A DNA stretch of 64,000 nucleotides from NCBI GenBank assembly GCA_030264375.1, contig JASCQW010000162.1, positions 41,521,786 to 41,585,785 of the forward strand, given 5' to 3'. The stretch is from Carcharhinus longimanus (Eukaryota). A program made the translations under genes and the position numbers. The notes under the pieces were generated by a model that searched no databases, was not told where the DNA came from, and saw only the letters and a program-made list of their open reading frames with translations. Numbering within the stretch: the stretch's first letter is position 1; every line of letters begins with the position of its first letter. Below, piece after piece: positions 50,442 through 63,479 of the stretch.

Positions 50442-53400
50442 CTATAAGGTTAACAAGGGAGAAATTAGGCAAGCGGTATGCATAAGCATATCATATCAAA
50501 TAAAGTTATATAAAGTCAGATTTAGTTAATTTAATTATTTATTTTTTGGGGGTTATTTTAATGTTAGTCCAGCACAGCACTATGGATTACACTTTAATTC
50601 CTGTTTGTACTTGTGTGTGTTTGATAGAGGGCCTGAGCCCCAAATCCTTATGGTACGTAGTGATGCCCCTGCTAACAACAGCGGTGTGCCTGTTCATTGC
50701 CACCAAATTTATTTTGGACTTTGGTTCCAGACATATCACAAGGTGTCAGAAACTGACCATTTGGTCCAATTGGTCTAGACTAGTGTCTGTGCTCCATATG
50801 AACCTCTCCCACCACTTTTCATCAAACCCTATCAGCATAATCTTCTATTCCTTCCCCATTTAGCAGCTTATCTTCCCCTTAAGTGCATTTCTGCTGTTCA
50901 CCTCAATTGCTTCTTGTAGCAGGCAAGGGAAACAGTTAATATTCCACTTCAAATAACCTCCAAAAGGTTTCCAATCTTAACTATGCACACAATTCCTGTC
51001 GATAAAACAGCACTTTGAAAAGACTTTGAGCTGAAATGCTAACTCTGTTTCTCTCTCTCCACAGACGCCACCTAAATGGAATATTTCCAGCATTTTCTAT
51101 TTTTATTTGTGTGTTCGCCAACCTGCTGTGGTATTGCCCTTGATGTTTCATTGACAGATTTTTGACTTGATTGATTAAGGACATACACAGATCCCCTGCT
51201 GTTGCACTGAGCAATTTTGATCTCCCAGCTACAGCAACATGCTTTGTAAAAGCTCGTGGAAGTTAAATGTGCTGGTTATTGTTAAGTCTGGCCCATTATA
51301 ATCCATCACCAAATACCAAAACTTACAATAGCTTGGGAAGCAGAAAAGTAGAATTTGTTGAAGCATAGAAGTTTCTCTGCAGTAGAAGCATAGGAAAGCA
51401 CAAAACTGAGGTGGTATGGTAACATCTCTGAGAGGGGGGTGGAATTATAATTTTCTATTAAAAATATGGAGACAGAAATTTCCAAAATGTAACATTAGGA
51501 AGTAAGATTTTATAGACAAGATGAGGGGGAATTCTCTGGTCATTCACGCCGACAAGATTTTCTGGTCCCGCTGCAGCGAATGGAGATTTGGCTGAGCACT
51601 GAATTCTTCATCTTCGCTTGCAGCGGTAGCGGGAAGAGAATGGCTGGAAAATCCAGGCTGATGTGTGCATAATTAAAACTGGAAATATGTACATGTTTTT
51701 TAAAAGTAAACAATATTTTTCATGCCGTAACAAATTCCTTTGGCTTAAATTTGGAAATGCATGGATGTTGGATGAGGAAGAAGTAAGACTGATATTTGAG
51801 AAATTTTCTGAGCGCATTGACTGTACTTGTGCTATGATAATGCCGACCATAGCTACTGATTTAACTTTGAATATGGTCACTTAGACAACGATTGTCAACA
51901 AAATTCTTGTTGGCAACATTCCTTCTTCCAAAACTGCATCAGAGCTGAATATTTCCACACTGTGGGAAGGTTATCTTTCTTATTGTCAGTTTTACAAATA
52001 ATCTGTACAAAGAAAAATGTGTGCAAACTTCACAAATCTGCTACTTGTGCAGATTTAATTGCCACTACATATTTTGAGTCACATTGTAAGTGGATAGGGA
52101 AAGGATACTGTCTTATTGTAGCAGGAGATCACTCTTCGTTAAAATGCAGAAAGATTTTATCTATTCATCGCTGTATGGAGTTTGCACAGTGTAAGGTTTG
52201 CATGTTCTCCTCATGATGGTGTAGGTTTCCTCCAGGTGCTCTGAATTCCTACCACATTCCAAAGATGTATGGGTTAGATGAATTGGCCATGCTACAAAAT
52301 TACTCCTTAAGTGTCAGGAGGAAGATTAGCAGGTCAATTGCGTGGGATTACATGGATAGGGCTTGGATGGGATTGTTTTGGTGCAGACTTGATGGGCCAA
52401 ATGGCCTCCTACTACACTGTAGGGATTCTAGGATATAACCTTGATAACTCTTACAGTGCTGATACTCGATTAGCAGAAAAAAAAGTCTTTGANNNNNNNN
52501 NNNNNNNNNNNNNNNNNNNNNNNNNNNNNNNNNNNNNNNNNNNNNNNNNNNNNNNNNNNNNNNNNNNNNNNNNNNNNNNNNNNNNNNNNNNNNNNNNNNN
52601 NNNNNNNNNNNNNNNNNNNNNNNNNNNNNNNNNNNNNNNNNNNNNNNNNNNNNNNNNNNNNNNNNNNNNNNNNNNNNNNNNNNNNNNNNNNNNNNNNNNN
52701 NNNNNNNNNNNNNNNNNNNNNNNNNNNNNNNNNNNNNNNNNNNNNNNNNNNNNNNNNNNNNNNNNNNNNNNNNNNNNNNNNNNNNNNNNNNNNNNNNCAG
52801 GCGTATCACAAAAAAGAAATCTTCCCAAAGTCTATTCAACATTTAACATGTTTAGTTTTGCAGTAGAGATAATATTATAGAGCTAAAGCCAATCTTGACA
52901 TTTAAATAGCTTTATTACTTCAACACGGAAGCAACTGCATCCAATAAGTTGTTGCTGGGAGATTAGAAGCATCCAGAAGCTAACGGTTAAAGGATCATTG
53001 TATACCAAATATTTGCTGGATGGGTATTTATATCCTGCTACTTTTATTTAAATTCATCTCTTAAATGATGGATTTAAGTGATGAATCATACCAAATCTGG
53101 ACTATAAAGTAAACATTTTGATTAGATTTAAAATTGCCTTGTGTATCTTATTTAACAGATAGTAAGATGCAACTTCAGGGCTCTAATGAAATTTTGAAGT
53201 TTAAATGTCATTCCTTGAAAGCTGACATTTGATCCTGTGGTTGGGTTAATGAATGCCATCAATTAGTTGCAGTATTTTTCTTATGAGATTTATTTTGCTA
53301 ACCGGGTATGTAAGTGTGCAAACTCAGAGTTACACATATAGTATCGGGCATGTAATTTTATACCTCTTTTTTACTACCTTCTGACACATTATAAGCTGTA

Positions 53401-53493
53401 GGTCCTCTCTGGTAGATTTATAGCCCCATTCACTGCTATCAGATCCCTTCAGGCATTGCTCAGCTTTGTGGCACGTAGTTTGAACATTCTCAC

Positions 53494-53652
53494 CTTGCAG
53501 TTTTTCCACCAATACTTCCTCTTCAGCTTAGCAGCACTCGTTTCAAATTGTGATGCCCCAGCTTGGAGTGCATCTGCACGATCATCGAGCTCTGATAGCT
53601 TCTGATCTCGCTCAAGGACTTTGTCCACATTCACTCGCATGATGTCCACCAC
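53494..53652 (-). CDS. VAMP2: Synaptobrevin R-SNARE exon 3 (159 nt): [53 protein letters not shown]
   Basis: Near-invariant synaptobrevin SNARE motif; cccag| acceptor and |gtgaga donor. Confidence 0.97.
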
Positions 53653-54029
53653 CTGGGAAGTACAGTCCAAGGATACATTTCACAATTCCAAGCTCTTACA
53701 TTAGATTTAATACAATATGTAGATTTCATCACTTCAGTAAGAGATCCAAAATGCATTCAATGTCTTCCACAGATATTCTTTTAAAGATTTCTCCATCCCA
53801 CTTTAGAAACATTCCTATTGTTGGAATATACATATGAATTAGATAAAGAGAGTCAGTTTATGTGATAGCTCAGCATCCTATCATAAGGTGCATGGTTTGG
53901 ACCTTCCTTGAACCTTCCTGAACCTGTCTCTAGTCCTGGGATCATAACCTGGGTGACAAAGGTATAGTTCAGAGCTTTATGAAGGCTTGTCTGAAGAGGA
54001 TTCAAAGAAAATGGAAATGACAGCACACA

Positions 54030-54760
54030 GGTGACATGGTGGCAAAGTGGGCTGCACAGTGGCACAGTAGTTAGCACTGCTGCCTCACAGTGCCAGGGAC
54101 CCGGGTTCGATTCCTGGCTTGGGCCACTGTCTGTTTGAAGTTTGCACATTCTCCCCATGTCTGCGTGGGTTTCCTCCAAGTGCTCCAGTTTCTTCCCACA
54201 GTCCAAAAATGTGTGAGTTAGGTGGCTTGGTCATGGTAAATTGCCCCTTCATGTCAGGGAGAATTAGCAGGGTAAATATCTGGGATTACGGGCTTAGGGC
54301 CTGGGTAGGATCATCATCAGTGCAGTTTCGATGGGCCAAATGGCCTCCTTCTGCTCTGTGCATTCTATGACTATCAGCCTCACTCATCCCAAAACTAGAA
54401 AGTAATGTCCAAGGTCAATGGACCTTTTCATGGTCTGCCCCTCACTAACTCTGATTCCCGTGATGCGAGGGACAGTAAAATTCATCCCCCAGCCCCCTGA
54501 CCCACCCTCCACCCTCATGTCTATGTGGGTTTCCTCCAGGTGCACCAGTTTCTTCCCACAGTCCAAAGATATGCAAGTTAGGTGGATTGGCCATGCTAAA
54601 TTGCCCCTTAGTGTCCCACAATGTGTAGGTTGGGGGGTTAGCAGGGTAAATGCATGCGGTTACAGGGATGAGAAGGGAAGGTGGGCCTAAGTTAAGATGC
54701 TCTGTCAGAGGGTCGATGCAGACTTGATGGGCTGAGTAGCCTTCTTCTGCACTCTGATTC
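54030..54760 (+). mobile_element. Two HE1/V-SINE copies (54030-54370 and 54517-54760) with a MITE fragment between
   Basis: Consensus blocks. Confidence 0.85.
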
Positions 54761-55389
54761 TGTTACAGTCATGTCAGCAATTGACGGCTGTGGTTAAAAA
54801 GGGAGGCTCTAGAAATATGTTTCACAGCCAGTGCAACAAAGGAGATGCTATCTCTTGCTAGCCATCTCCATGAATGAGCTATCAAACCTTCAGGAAAGTT
54901 GCTGAGGATTTTGCTACAAATAATATTGTTTCAATGACCTGTTGGTGAAAGTTCAATGGCCTTGATAGGAATAAGGTAGGATAAGGTGGGGATTGCATTG
55001 TTCCCACATAGTGATATAGTTTGACAAATTTATTGGAATTCTATGAGGATGTGACTAGTGCAGTAGACAGAGGGGAACCGGTGGATGTGGTGTTTCTCGA
55101 TTTNNNNNNNNNNNNNNNNNNNNNNNNNNNNNNNNNNNNNNNNNNNNNNNNNNNNNNNNNNNNNNNNNNNNNNNNNNNNNNNNNNNNNNNNNNNNNNNNN
55201 NNNTTATGGGGAGAAAGCGGGAAAGTGGAACTGAGCCACTTCAGATCAGCCATGATCTTATTGAATGGAGGGGCAGGCTCGAAGGGCTAGATGGCCTACT
55301 CCTGCTCCTACTTCTTATGTTCTTATGTTCTTATTAGTTAAACAACTATTTTTGGTGTGCACATATTTCATTTCATCCTTACACTCTTA

Positions 55390-55672
55390 CAGTATTTAAT
55401 AATCTTCCCATTGTAGCACTAATGGACGTCCTTCACATGCAACATTAAACTAAGGACCTATTGGCCCTCCTCTGGTGCTACATAAAAAAACCCGAGAATT
55501 GACTCAAAAAAAAACAGAGGAGATCCCCTAGTGTTCGGGCAATATTTATCCCTCAAACAACACAAATAAAACAGATTATCCAGTCATTTATCTCATTGCA
55601 GTTTGTGAGACCTTCCTGAGCTGCTGTATTTCCTAAGTTACAACATTTCAAAATGACCTCATTGGCTGTACT
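55390..55672 (+). mobile_element. DeuSINE-like (SacSINE1/AmnSINE-related) element; related reverse copies about 57950-58300 and about 61390-61640
   Basis: 'CAATATTTATCCCTCAA.CAAC...AAAACAGATTATC..GTCATT.ATC.CATTGC.GTTTGTG.GA.CTT' resembles the Deu domain. Confidence 0.6.
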
Positions 55673-56665
55673 TGCCTGTCTAATGGTCACGCACACTTTC
55701 CAGCATTACTTCCCTTAATAGGAACCTCAACTGTATAACTATTCTTCCATGCACATCAACAGCATGAAGACATAATCCTCTCTTTGCAACATCCCTGGGT
55801 ATTCCCTGATGTACATGGATCACTGTGTATGCCATTCTATCAGCATCAACTGTTCAATGTGTGCCACTGGCTTTAAAAAAGAGAGCACGTAACACAAGGG
55901 AAAGGACATGGACCAACAAAACTGTATCCTCTCTTTACACCTGGAAATGTTAAGGCCTCGGAAATGGTTGAGAGTGTGCCTCTCGATTGATTCCAAGTGT
56001 AAGAGCCCTTACATACCAAGTCTGACTGAGAGAATGGGGATTTCCTTCTTGAAAATGATTACACTTCACAGGGTTATGATTGATTTTTTTATGGTAATGA
56101 GCGAGTTACAATCTGTCCAAGTAGATGTCACTGAAGCTCAATAGGCAGCGAAGGAGTAGGGGACATCAATCAGTGCAATTGCTGAAAAATTATATTTTCC
56201 TCCTTTCTCTATTGTAAACAAAAGAAAAAAAAATCAGTGTAAAGAATAAAACCGAAAAACAGTGAATTCGGACAAAGNNNNNNNNNNNNNNNNNTATTTT
56301 TCAGCATAGACTTCAAAGATCTGTGTTTTACACAGCAAATTTCAACAAGAATTGAAAATACAAATGTCCTAAGTATGGACCCAAGAGACCTTTAAGGAGC
56401 AGAAGCAGAAGCATGTGTTTTCAAATTCATTAAAAAGAACTTGGATATTTAATTCCCCATCCAAAATGTGCCAAAGTTTTTCAAAGAGCACAATAAGGCA
56501 AGATTTGGCATGAATAAAATGAACACATTGAAACAAGATGTGATTGTAATCCATTTGTATAGTCCACCTCCATTTCCATTCTATATAAATTGGGTGTGTG
56601 CACGTCATTCACCGATGACAATAGATCTTGCAGCAAGGTCAGTTACTCGCTCATATGGAAACATA

Positions 56666-56682
56666 GGGCCACCTAGTGGCTG
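56666..56682 (-). promoter_or_regulatory. Candidate CTCF site CAGCCACTAGGTGGCCC in VAMP intron 2
   Basis: Close match to the CCACYAGRKGGC core in unique sequence. Confidence 0.4.
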
Positions 56683-57225
56683 ACTGACGCAAACGAAAGA
56701 ATTCAGGCCAAATACGGTTTGGAGCTCATTCATTACTGCACAAATAAAGTGTCCATTCCTAAGTAGTGGGAAACTGAGAGCTATTTTATAATTTCCTTAT
56801 AAATCATAGGGTTTTTCTTCTGGGAGATGAGACTGAGACCACATGACTAGGCTGTTGTTAACATCATGTACTCAGATAGCCAGTGGTGCGTACTGGCTTT
56901 TCTTAGAATTTCACAGTGCCTCTGGTGGCCTATCTTAAACTGAAACTGCTCATGTCTGGAAATGTACACACCTATTCCCATGTGGTAATCAGACCAATCC
57001 TACCCCACAATATTTCCGCTTCCCCATCCATAATTTGGGAACGGTCTTATTTCAAGTGATTGTAAAATTTCCAAAGGGAATAAATCAGTCGCCTGAAGAT
57101 AGCTTGTTTTAAAACCGTTTTCCTGATACAACTCCTATGTGCTACGTCTTAGAATCAGCTTGGTCAAATGACCCTGGGTTTAAGTTTCCTTTTCCTGAAC
57201 TCAGCCACAGAGCAATGGAACCTAC

Positions 57226-57349
57226 CTCATCCACTTGAGCCTGTGTTTGCTGCAGTCGTCTGTTGCTCGTGGTGTTGACGGGTTGCGTTGGTCCTCCATC
57301 TCCAGGAGGTCCTCCTGCACCAGGAGCAGCAGCTTGGGATGGGGCGGAC
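57226..57349 (-). CDS. VAMP2: Synaptobrevin exon 2 (124 nt): (M)SAPSQAAAPGAGGPPGDGGPTQPVNTTSNRRLQQTQAQVDE; exon 1 supplying AT of the start codon is likely beyond the right edge
   Basis: ttgtag|G acceptor with split ATG typical of VAMP1/2/3; donor GAG|gtaggt. Long Pro/Gly-rich N-terminus and QTQAQ are VAMP1/2-type. Confidence 0.93.
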
Positions 57350-59882
57350 CTACAAACCAAAATAAAGCAGATTTCTTGTTAACTGTATAGTGCATCAGTC
57401 AGCATATCGATTGTACAATATGTTCCCAATAGTATCTGGTAATCAGGGGTTGGCCAGTGGTGAACTGATGATCTGTTTGGGGCAGTTTACAGTGAAGTGT
57501 ATTGTCAGTCAAAAAAAGGTCACAATATTGACCAGTGTAGACCTTGTTGAGAGGCAAGAATTATTAAAAAGCCCCATTTGGAATTCTCATTTACCTGGGG
57601 AGCTTTACTCTATTCAAATTAAAATAGCACATCATGAACCCACTGACCTAGACTACTGAAATTCAATGCTTAGGCTTCAACTACAACAGTTGACTTCAAA
57701 GTTATTGTTTTGTTTCAAAGGAGACATTGACAGTAAGCTGCATTTTGCTCAGTGCATTCACTTTTGCTGTGCAGCATGCTATATTTCTGGACTTGACTAC
57801 AGATAGGGGACAGGATTTTTTTTGTTTCGGGGAGAGGGCCACTATTATTGCTAGAATTCTAGCAGTGGTCAAAGATATTCCAGGTAGGAAAGTGCACTTA
57901 GAGATCAATGGACTTAAATTTTGAACTTAAAGAGTGGTTAACTTCAGACGATCAAATACTTCTTCAGATAAAATGATTCTCACACAATAATAACTTATAT
58001 ATCACCTTAAACATAAAACATTACGATAAATAAACAGGACTGTGAACCATATAAAGGGATAATGGCCCAGGAGGTGGGTTCCCAAAAACAGCGAACACAG
58101 AGGTGTTTGTCACAATTGAAAATTGAAACTGCACTGCAAGCTTAGCACCTCATTGGGCTCCAGAGGAGTCTCTGATAATGGTCCCACTTGTGTTGTCTTG
58201 TAAAGAGGCAGGGACCCTTATTTGGTCAGTTTTGGCAGGTGACCAAAATCTTGGTCAAAGAGGTGGGTTTTGAGGAATATCTTAAAGGAGGGAGAGAAGC
58301 CTTGGAGGAGTCAGACTTCTCAGACAATCTGCAGTTCAGATACTTACTGTAATCAAAGGGTGGGAATAGACCCAGGCAAACACAAAATTAGTTCCCCTCC
58401 CCTGACCTTCATGCACAGAACTGCCTAGTAAAAAAAAATGCAAAAACTCTGATGTTATCATGGAAGAAAGGTGCAAATCAAAATAAACCACTCTCATGCA
58501 CGAGTGAGAAATAATCCTAAACAGAAAGCAAAGTACCAGCACCGGCCTTTACCTTGGCAACATTTTTATATAATGACATTTTCCAACATGCTGAAGTGAG
58601 GAATGAAACACCCTTTTTATTATTGGCTCCAGTATCAACCTTCAGTATTCCTGACAGTAACCAGTAAACCTCTTCTCTATCCAGCTCTATCCAGCAAAGG
58701 GTTAACCTCAATCCCAGGTAGCAAAGCACTGAGGTGGGTCTTTTTCATTTCCTTGGTGTGGTTTTAAAATCAGCAATATGTTTAACCACTACGACACTTA
58801 CTTACCTATTTCAGGCATGGTGACACATGTTTACTGTACTTACTTTTCTCAAGGGAATCCAAATCAAATTGGATCAAATTTGCATCTTCCCAAACTGATA
58901 TCTTCAATTCAGTATTTAGCTCCTAATATGACGACACAAAGAATCAATACCAGTTGGCAACCTCCATATCTTGATCGCTCAATTACTGCCCTAGTAAGCT
59001 CGGATATATTTTACATCCTATCATATGAGGTTTATCATTTTCCTATGTTTTTATTAGAGGTATGTTGCTATTAAAATGCTTGAAAGGATAGGTGGGCAAC
59101 ACAGGAAGAAAATCTTCCATCCAGAAAGATGACTATAGCTGTTCTCTGAATAAGCTAATTGATAATATCACAAATAAAATTATAACAATGTGCACCACCA
59201 GGGAGCACTCCAATCCAATGAGAGTTTAATATCCAAAACCATCCGAACAAGGTTTTTGAGTTTACGATTTGAATTGTGTAGGTGGTAGCCATTACATTAA
59301 TGCTTGGAAGAAAATAGTTTAATCTGGTATTTGCAATACCATTTAGCACAAATTAGACAGCAGAAATTATCAGATGTATTTCAGACATTTTATTGAAAGA
59401 ATATAAACAAATCTTCATGTCAATATCAAGGTGTTGTTGAATCAAAGATCTCTGCGCTTCACTGGGAAAATCCATAGAAATATACATCCTACCAACAGAG
59501 GGCCATAAAGCCAAGTTCTCAGGCTGGTAGTTTTGCAGCTATCATTCTGCTCTTTTTAATCAGATTTACCTTTAGCTGAATGTGAAAACAGTAGTACAGG
59601 AAACCAAGTTTCATTTTTACTTCATTGGCAGCAACTCCATGAAGTCCTTTGAACAGCTAAACAGTAGGATCAACCATCATCCCGAGTCACTGACCTACAC
59701 TGCCTCCTTGTCCAGCAACACCTCGATCTTAACATTCTGATTCTTGTTTTCAAATCTCTTCATGGCTTTATCCCTCCCTATAACAGTAACCTCCTCCAGC
59801 CCCGCAACATACTGAGATTTCTGTGTTCCTCAAATGCCAACCTCTTGACCATCCTCGATTTTCATCCCTTCACCATTGGTGG

Positions 59883-60908
59883 TGTGATGATTCTGTGCCT
59901 TTAATAAATTTATTTATATCCTGTTATTTATATTTTCTATATTTCTATTTCATTACCAAAGGAAGTAGTTGATGGCAAAATGTTGAATGTGTTCAGGAGG
60001 CAGCTAGATATAGCAATTAGGGTGAATGGGATCAAATTTTATGGGTAGAAAGCAGGATTAGGCTATTGAATCAGAGGATCAGCCATGATTGTGATAAATG
60101 GTAGAGCAGGCTCGAAGGGCCAAATGGCCTCTTCTCGCTCCTATCTTCTATGTTTCTTGTTAGGGGTATGTTTAAAATTCAGTTCTGTTTTACACAATGT
60201 CAATTTGTCTGCACCATGCAGCTCACATGTTGAAAATGCAGGCTAATGATTGATTTTAGCGAGGGATGCATTTGCTTTAATCTGAGTTAATGCATTTTTA
60301 TTTATTTGCTTTTTCCCTTGGGGGAAAAGTAGGGTTTCAGAGTAGGGTTTGATTAGCTTGATTGACAAGAGATAAGAGTCTTGTGCCAATGGGAGGAGTT
60401 AAGCTTACAGGGAAAAACAGTTAGTGTTTCTGCCTGGTTCTGAAAGAAACAAGAAGTGTCCTTCTGGCTCTCTCTCTCTCTCTCCGAAGGCTCCTGTTTG
60501 GGACTGTCAGATAACAGATATCTCTCTCTCTTTCTCCAGAGATGTTCAAAAGACTCTAGGCCTGTTAATCAGTAAAAACATGAAAGCCTGTCTTGTTTGC
60601 TAACTGTTTTTGAAGAGAGGTTTTAAGTCTATATGAAGAATATTGCTTGAATTGGAACTCATAGGGATAGGTTAGCAGTTAAGCACTGTATCTTGCCAAT
60701 ATTTCAATTAGTAAAGGTTAAGCTATAGTTTGTTATAGTTAAACTGTATTGTTAAATAAATTTTGTTTTGCTAAAAGCTTCCTGGTGTGTAAATAGAATC
60801 ACACATGGAGTGAAACACCTCATCCTTACATTAATGCCAAAACAGTGGACAGTTGAGTTCTAGTCCCTTCATATTATACCTTGAGGTTTCTGATCTCATA
60901 TCCTAACA
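59883..60908 (+). mobile_element. Solo LTR (TG...CA, 4-bp TSD GTGG) inserted in an L2 3' end and carrying a nested CR1 3' fragment (about 59955-60157)
   Basis: TGTGATGA...TCCTAACA termini; GTGG at 59879-59882 and 60909-60912; AATAAA near 60755. Confidence 0.7.
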
Positions 60909-61028
60909 GTGGCTATACTTTCAGTTGCCAAGACCCTGAGCTCTCACTATTCTTCTCTTTCCTTCTTTTAAGAATCTGACTCGAACCATCATACCACAGC
61001 ACAGAACATGCACTCAAAATAGGCATGC

Positions 61029-61380
61029 GGGCAACATGGTGGCACAGTGGTGAGCACTGCTGCCTTATAACAACAGGGACCCAGATTTGATTCTAGCCTT
61101 GGGTGACTGTGTGAAGTTTACATGTTTTCTCTGTGCCTGTGTGGGTTTCCTCTGGGAGCTCTCAGGTTTCCTCCCACAGTCCAAAGAATTGTGGGTTAGG
61201 TGTTTTGACCAGGCTAAATTGCCCCATAGCATCCAAAGATGTATAGGTTAGGGGGTTTAGCAGAATAAATGTGTGGGGCTATGGGCATAGGACAGGGGGT
61301 GGGTCTTGTAAAGAGGGTTGGAGAGTCAGTGCAAACTCAATGGGCCAAATAGCCTTTTTCTGCACTGCTGGGATTCTATA
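61029..61380 (+). mobile_element. HE1/V-SINE
   Basis: Consensus head, V-domain and tail. Confidence 0.88.
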
Positions 61381-63479
61381 GGGTTCTATAACAAAATATT
61401 TGGTGCATTGAAAAGTCTGCCAGTCAATGTTAAGGAGCATGAAGGAGTTCAGGTTGGCACAGTACTTTGCGCAGAATTTGGAACCCATTCTTTTCAGCAC
61501 TGAAGTGTTGGTCAACTCCACTTGCACACTGCAAACCCAACGATGATTCAGCATCTGATGGCCAATATCTCAGTCTCCATTGCAGTATAAGCTGCACAAA
61601 GCCAGCATCTAACTGCTGCAGTGAAAGTTCAGATTGCTGCAATGCTAGTTCACACTACCAGTCTTGTGGCGCAGTGGGTCATGTCCCTATCTCTGGATCA
61701 GAAGCTCTAGGTTCAAATCTAAAGCCAGGACTTGTTAGCCATGGAAGGAGCATTCATAATGCAGTTCAACGGGCTGATAATTAGCTCAGAAATCAATCCA
61801 CCACTTCGCACCCAACTCTTCCCCAAAAGATAAGACGTGTGCGTGTGGAGATAAGCCAAAAGAAAACTGCTCAAAGGGACCATCAGGCAAAATCCCTTTG
61901 CTTTCAAAGCCCATTTAAAATGGATATGAGGTAAATGTTTTTCTCTCAGATGGTCTTGAGTTTTTGGGACTCTCTTCCTGAAAAGGTGGTGGGTGCAGAG
62001 TCTTTGGATAATCTGAGGCAGAAGTGGATAGATTCTTGATAAGTAAGTGGAAGGGAGGGGAGTTGATAGGTTATCAGGAGCAAGTGGAATGCAGATTTGA
62101 GGTCACTATCAGATCAGACATGATCTTAATAAATAGGGGGCAGGCTCAAGGGGTTGAACAGCCTACTCCTACTCTTGTTCGCAACATAGTTCTTAGAAAA
62201 CCAGAGCCACAATTTGCTTTCTGATTGTGGAAATAGGTGGTCTTATTATTGGTATGGATGCCATAACTCCAACTAATGCTGTATTCCAAGGGGAATGCTT
62301 ATTCCTACATCCAGATCTGGAAGCAACTTGTTTGTGCAGATCAGTAAAAATTGCTTTAACACCTGCCACATCACCCTCCTCGAGACTTGAAACAACGATA
62401 GAAAGCATTAAATTGTAGCAAGTGCCAGAAGAAATCAGCCAGCAGCTAATCTGTAAATACTTGGTGATCCCTTTATTAGGCACTGGTGGGGGTTTACTTT
62501 GTGTTGCTTAATGCATACTCAGTTGTGTATGTAGCAAGATAGAGTGTTAGCTGGTGTGTTTAGCTCTAAAATAACACCACTGGCATCAAATCAGTCTGTG
62601 CTACATAATTCCACTAGATGTTAATTATGTCTGAAGTAATGCCTTCACCAAGATGGCATCTGTTATGACTCATGGCAGAAGTGTGTGCATATTTCTCAGT
62701 CCATGTTGGTCCTCAAATGGCACCCATTGTGTCCAAGCAATGGGTGCTGCCAAGTGCAATTTGCATCATGTGGCTCTGCCCCCTCAGACCTGCAATGGAT
62801 ATGCACAGGGTTATGTGTATATCACTGGAGTTCAGAAACATGTTGGTGCTCCAGCACTTAATCAGATGTGTACATGTCATAATGTCTGTGATCCAATGCT
62901 CTGAATTTTGATTGGGAGAACCCAGTTGTGTGCAATGAGTATAAACTGACGGGCACAAGGGAGGCAGCATTACCTAATGCATCACCAATATTAACTACAG
63001 GTTAGGAACAGGACACGTTCTATTGCCATAAGTTTCTTAATCCTGAAAACTGTTGGCACTGACTACAACGCCAGTCATATCACAAAGTGCCTTTATTGTG
63101 AATGAATAATTGAATTGCTGGCTGCAAAGGCCAATTATTCAAGAGCAATCTGACACTACATTTGAGAACTCAAAGCTGAATTTATAGTATTATTCGTATA
63201 ACTCCTACAGACCTGCATCTAGGAAATCTACGGAATGAGGAAGCAGGCATGCTAGAAGGAGGGGTGGTTAGGTTACAGTGAGATTTAAGGACACAGAGAG
63301 TGAGAGACACAGAGAATAAGAATTTGGAAATCTCTAGGAAGCAACAGGGAAGGTTGGTGGGTGAGGATAGAAATGATAATAGATAGCAAGTCACCAATCA
63401 AGGTAATTTACAACTTAGGTCTTCTTTATATCGCTTGGTTCTATTTTTACCTATGTAATTGTAACCAGAGAATCACTTG

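Noticed and set aside
52311-52880. Long ORFs of 125-189 aa, and similar ones at 22729-23060 and 29689-30117
   Set aside because: Artefacts of N-gap runs.
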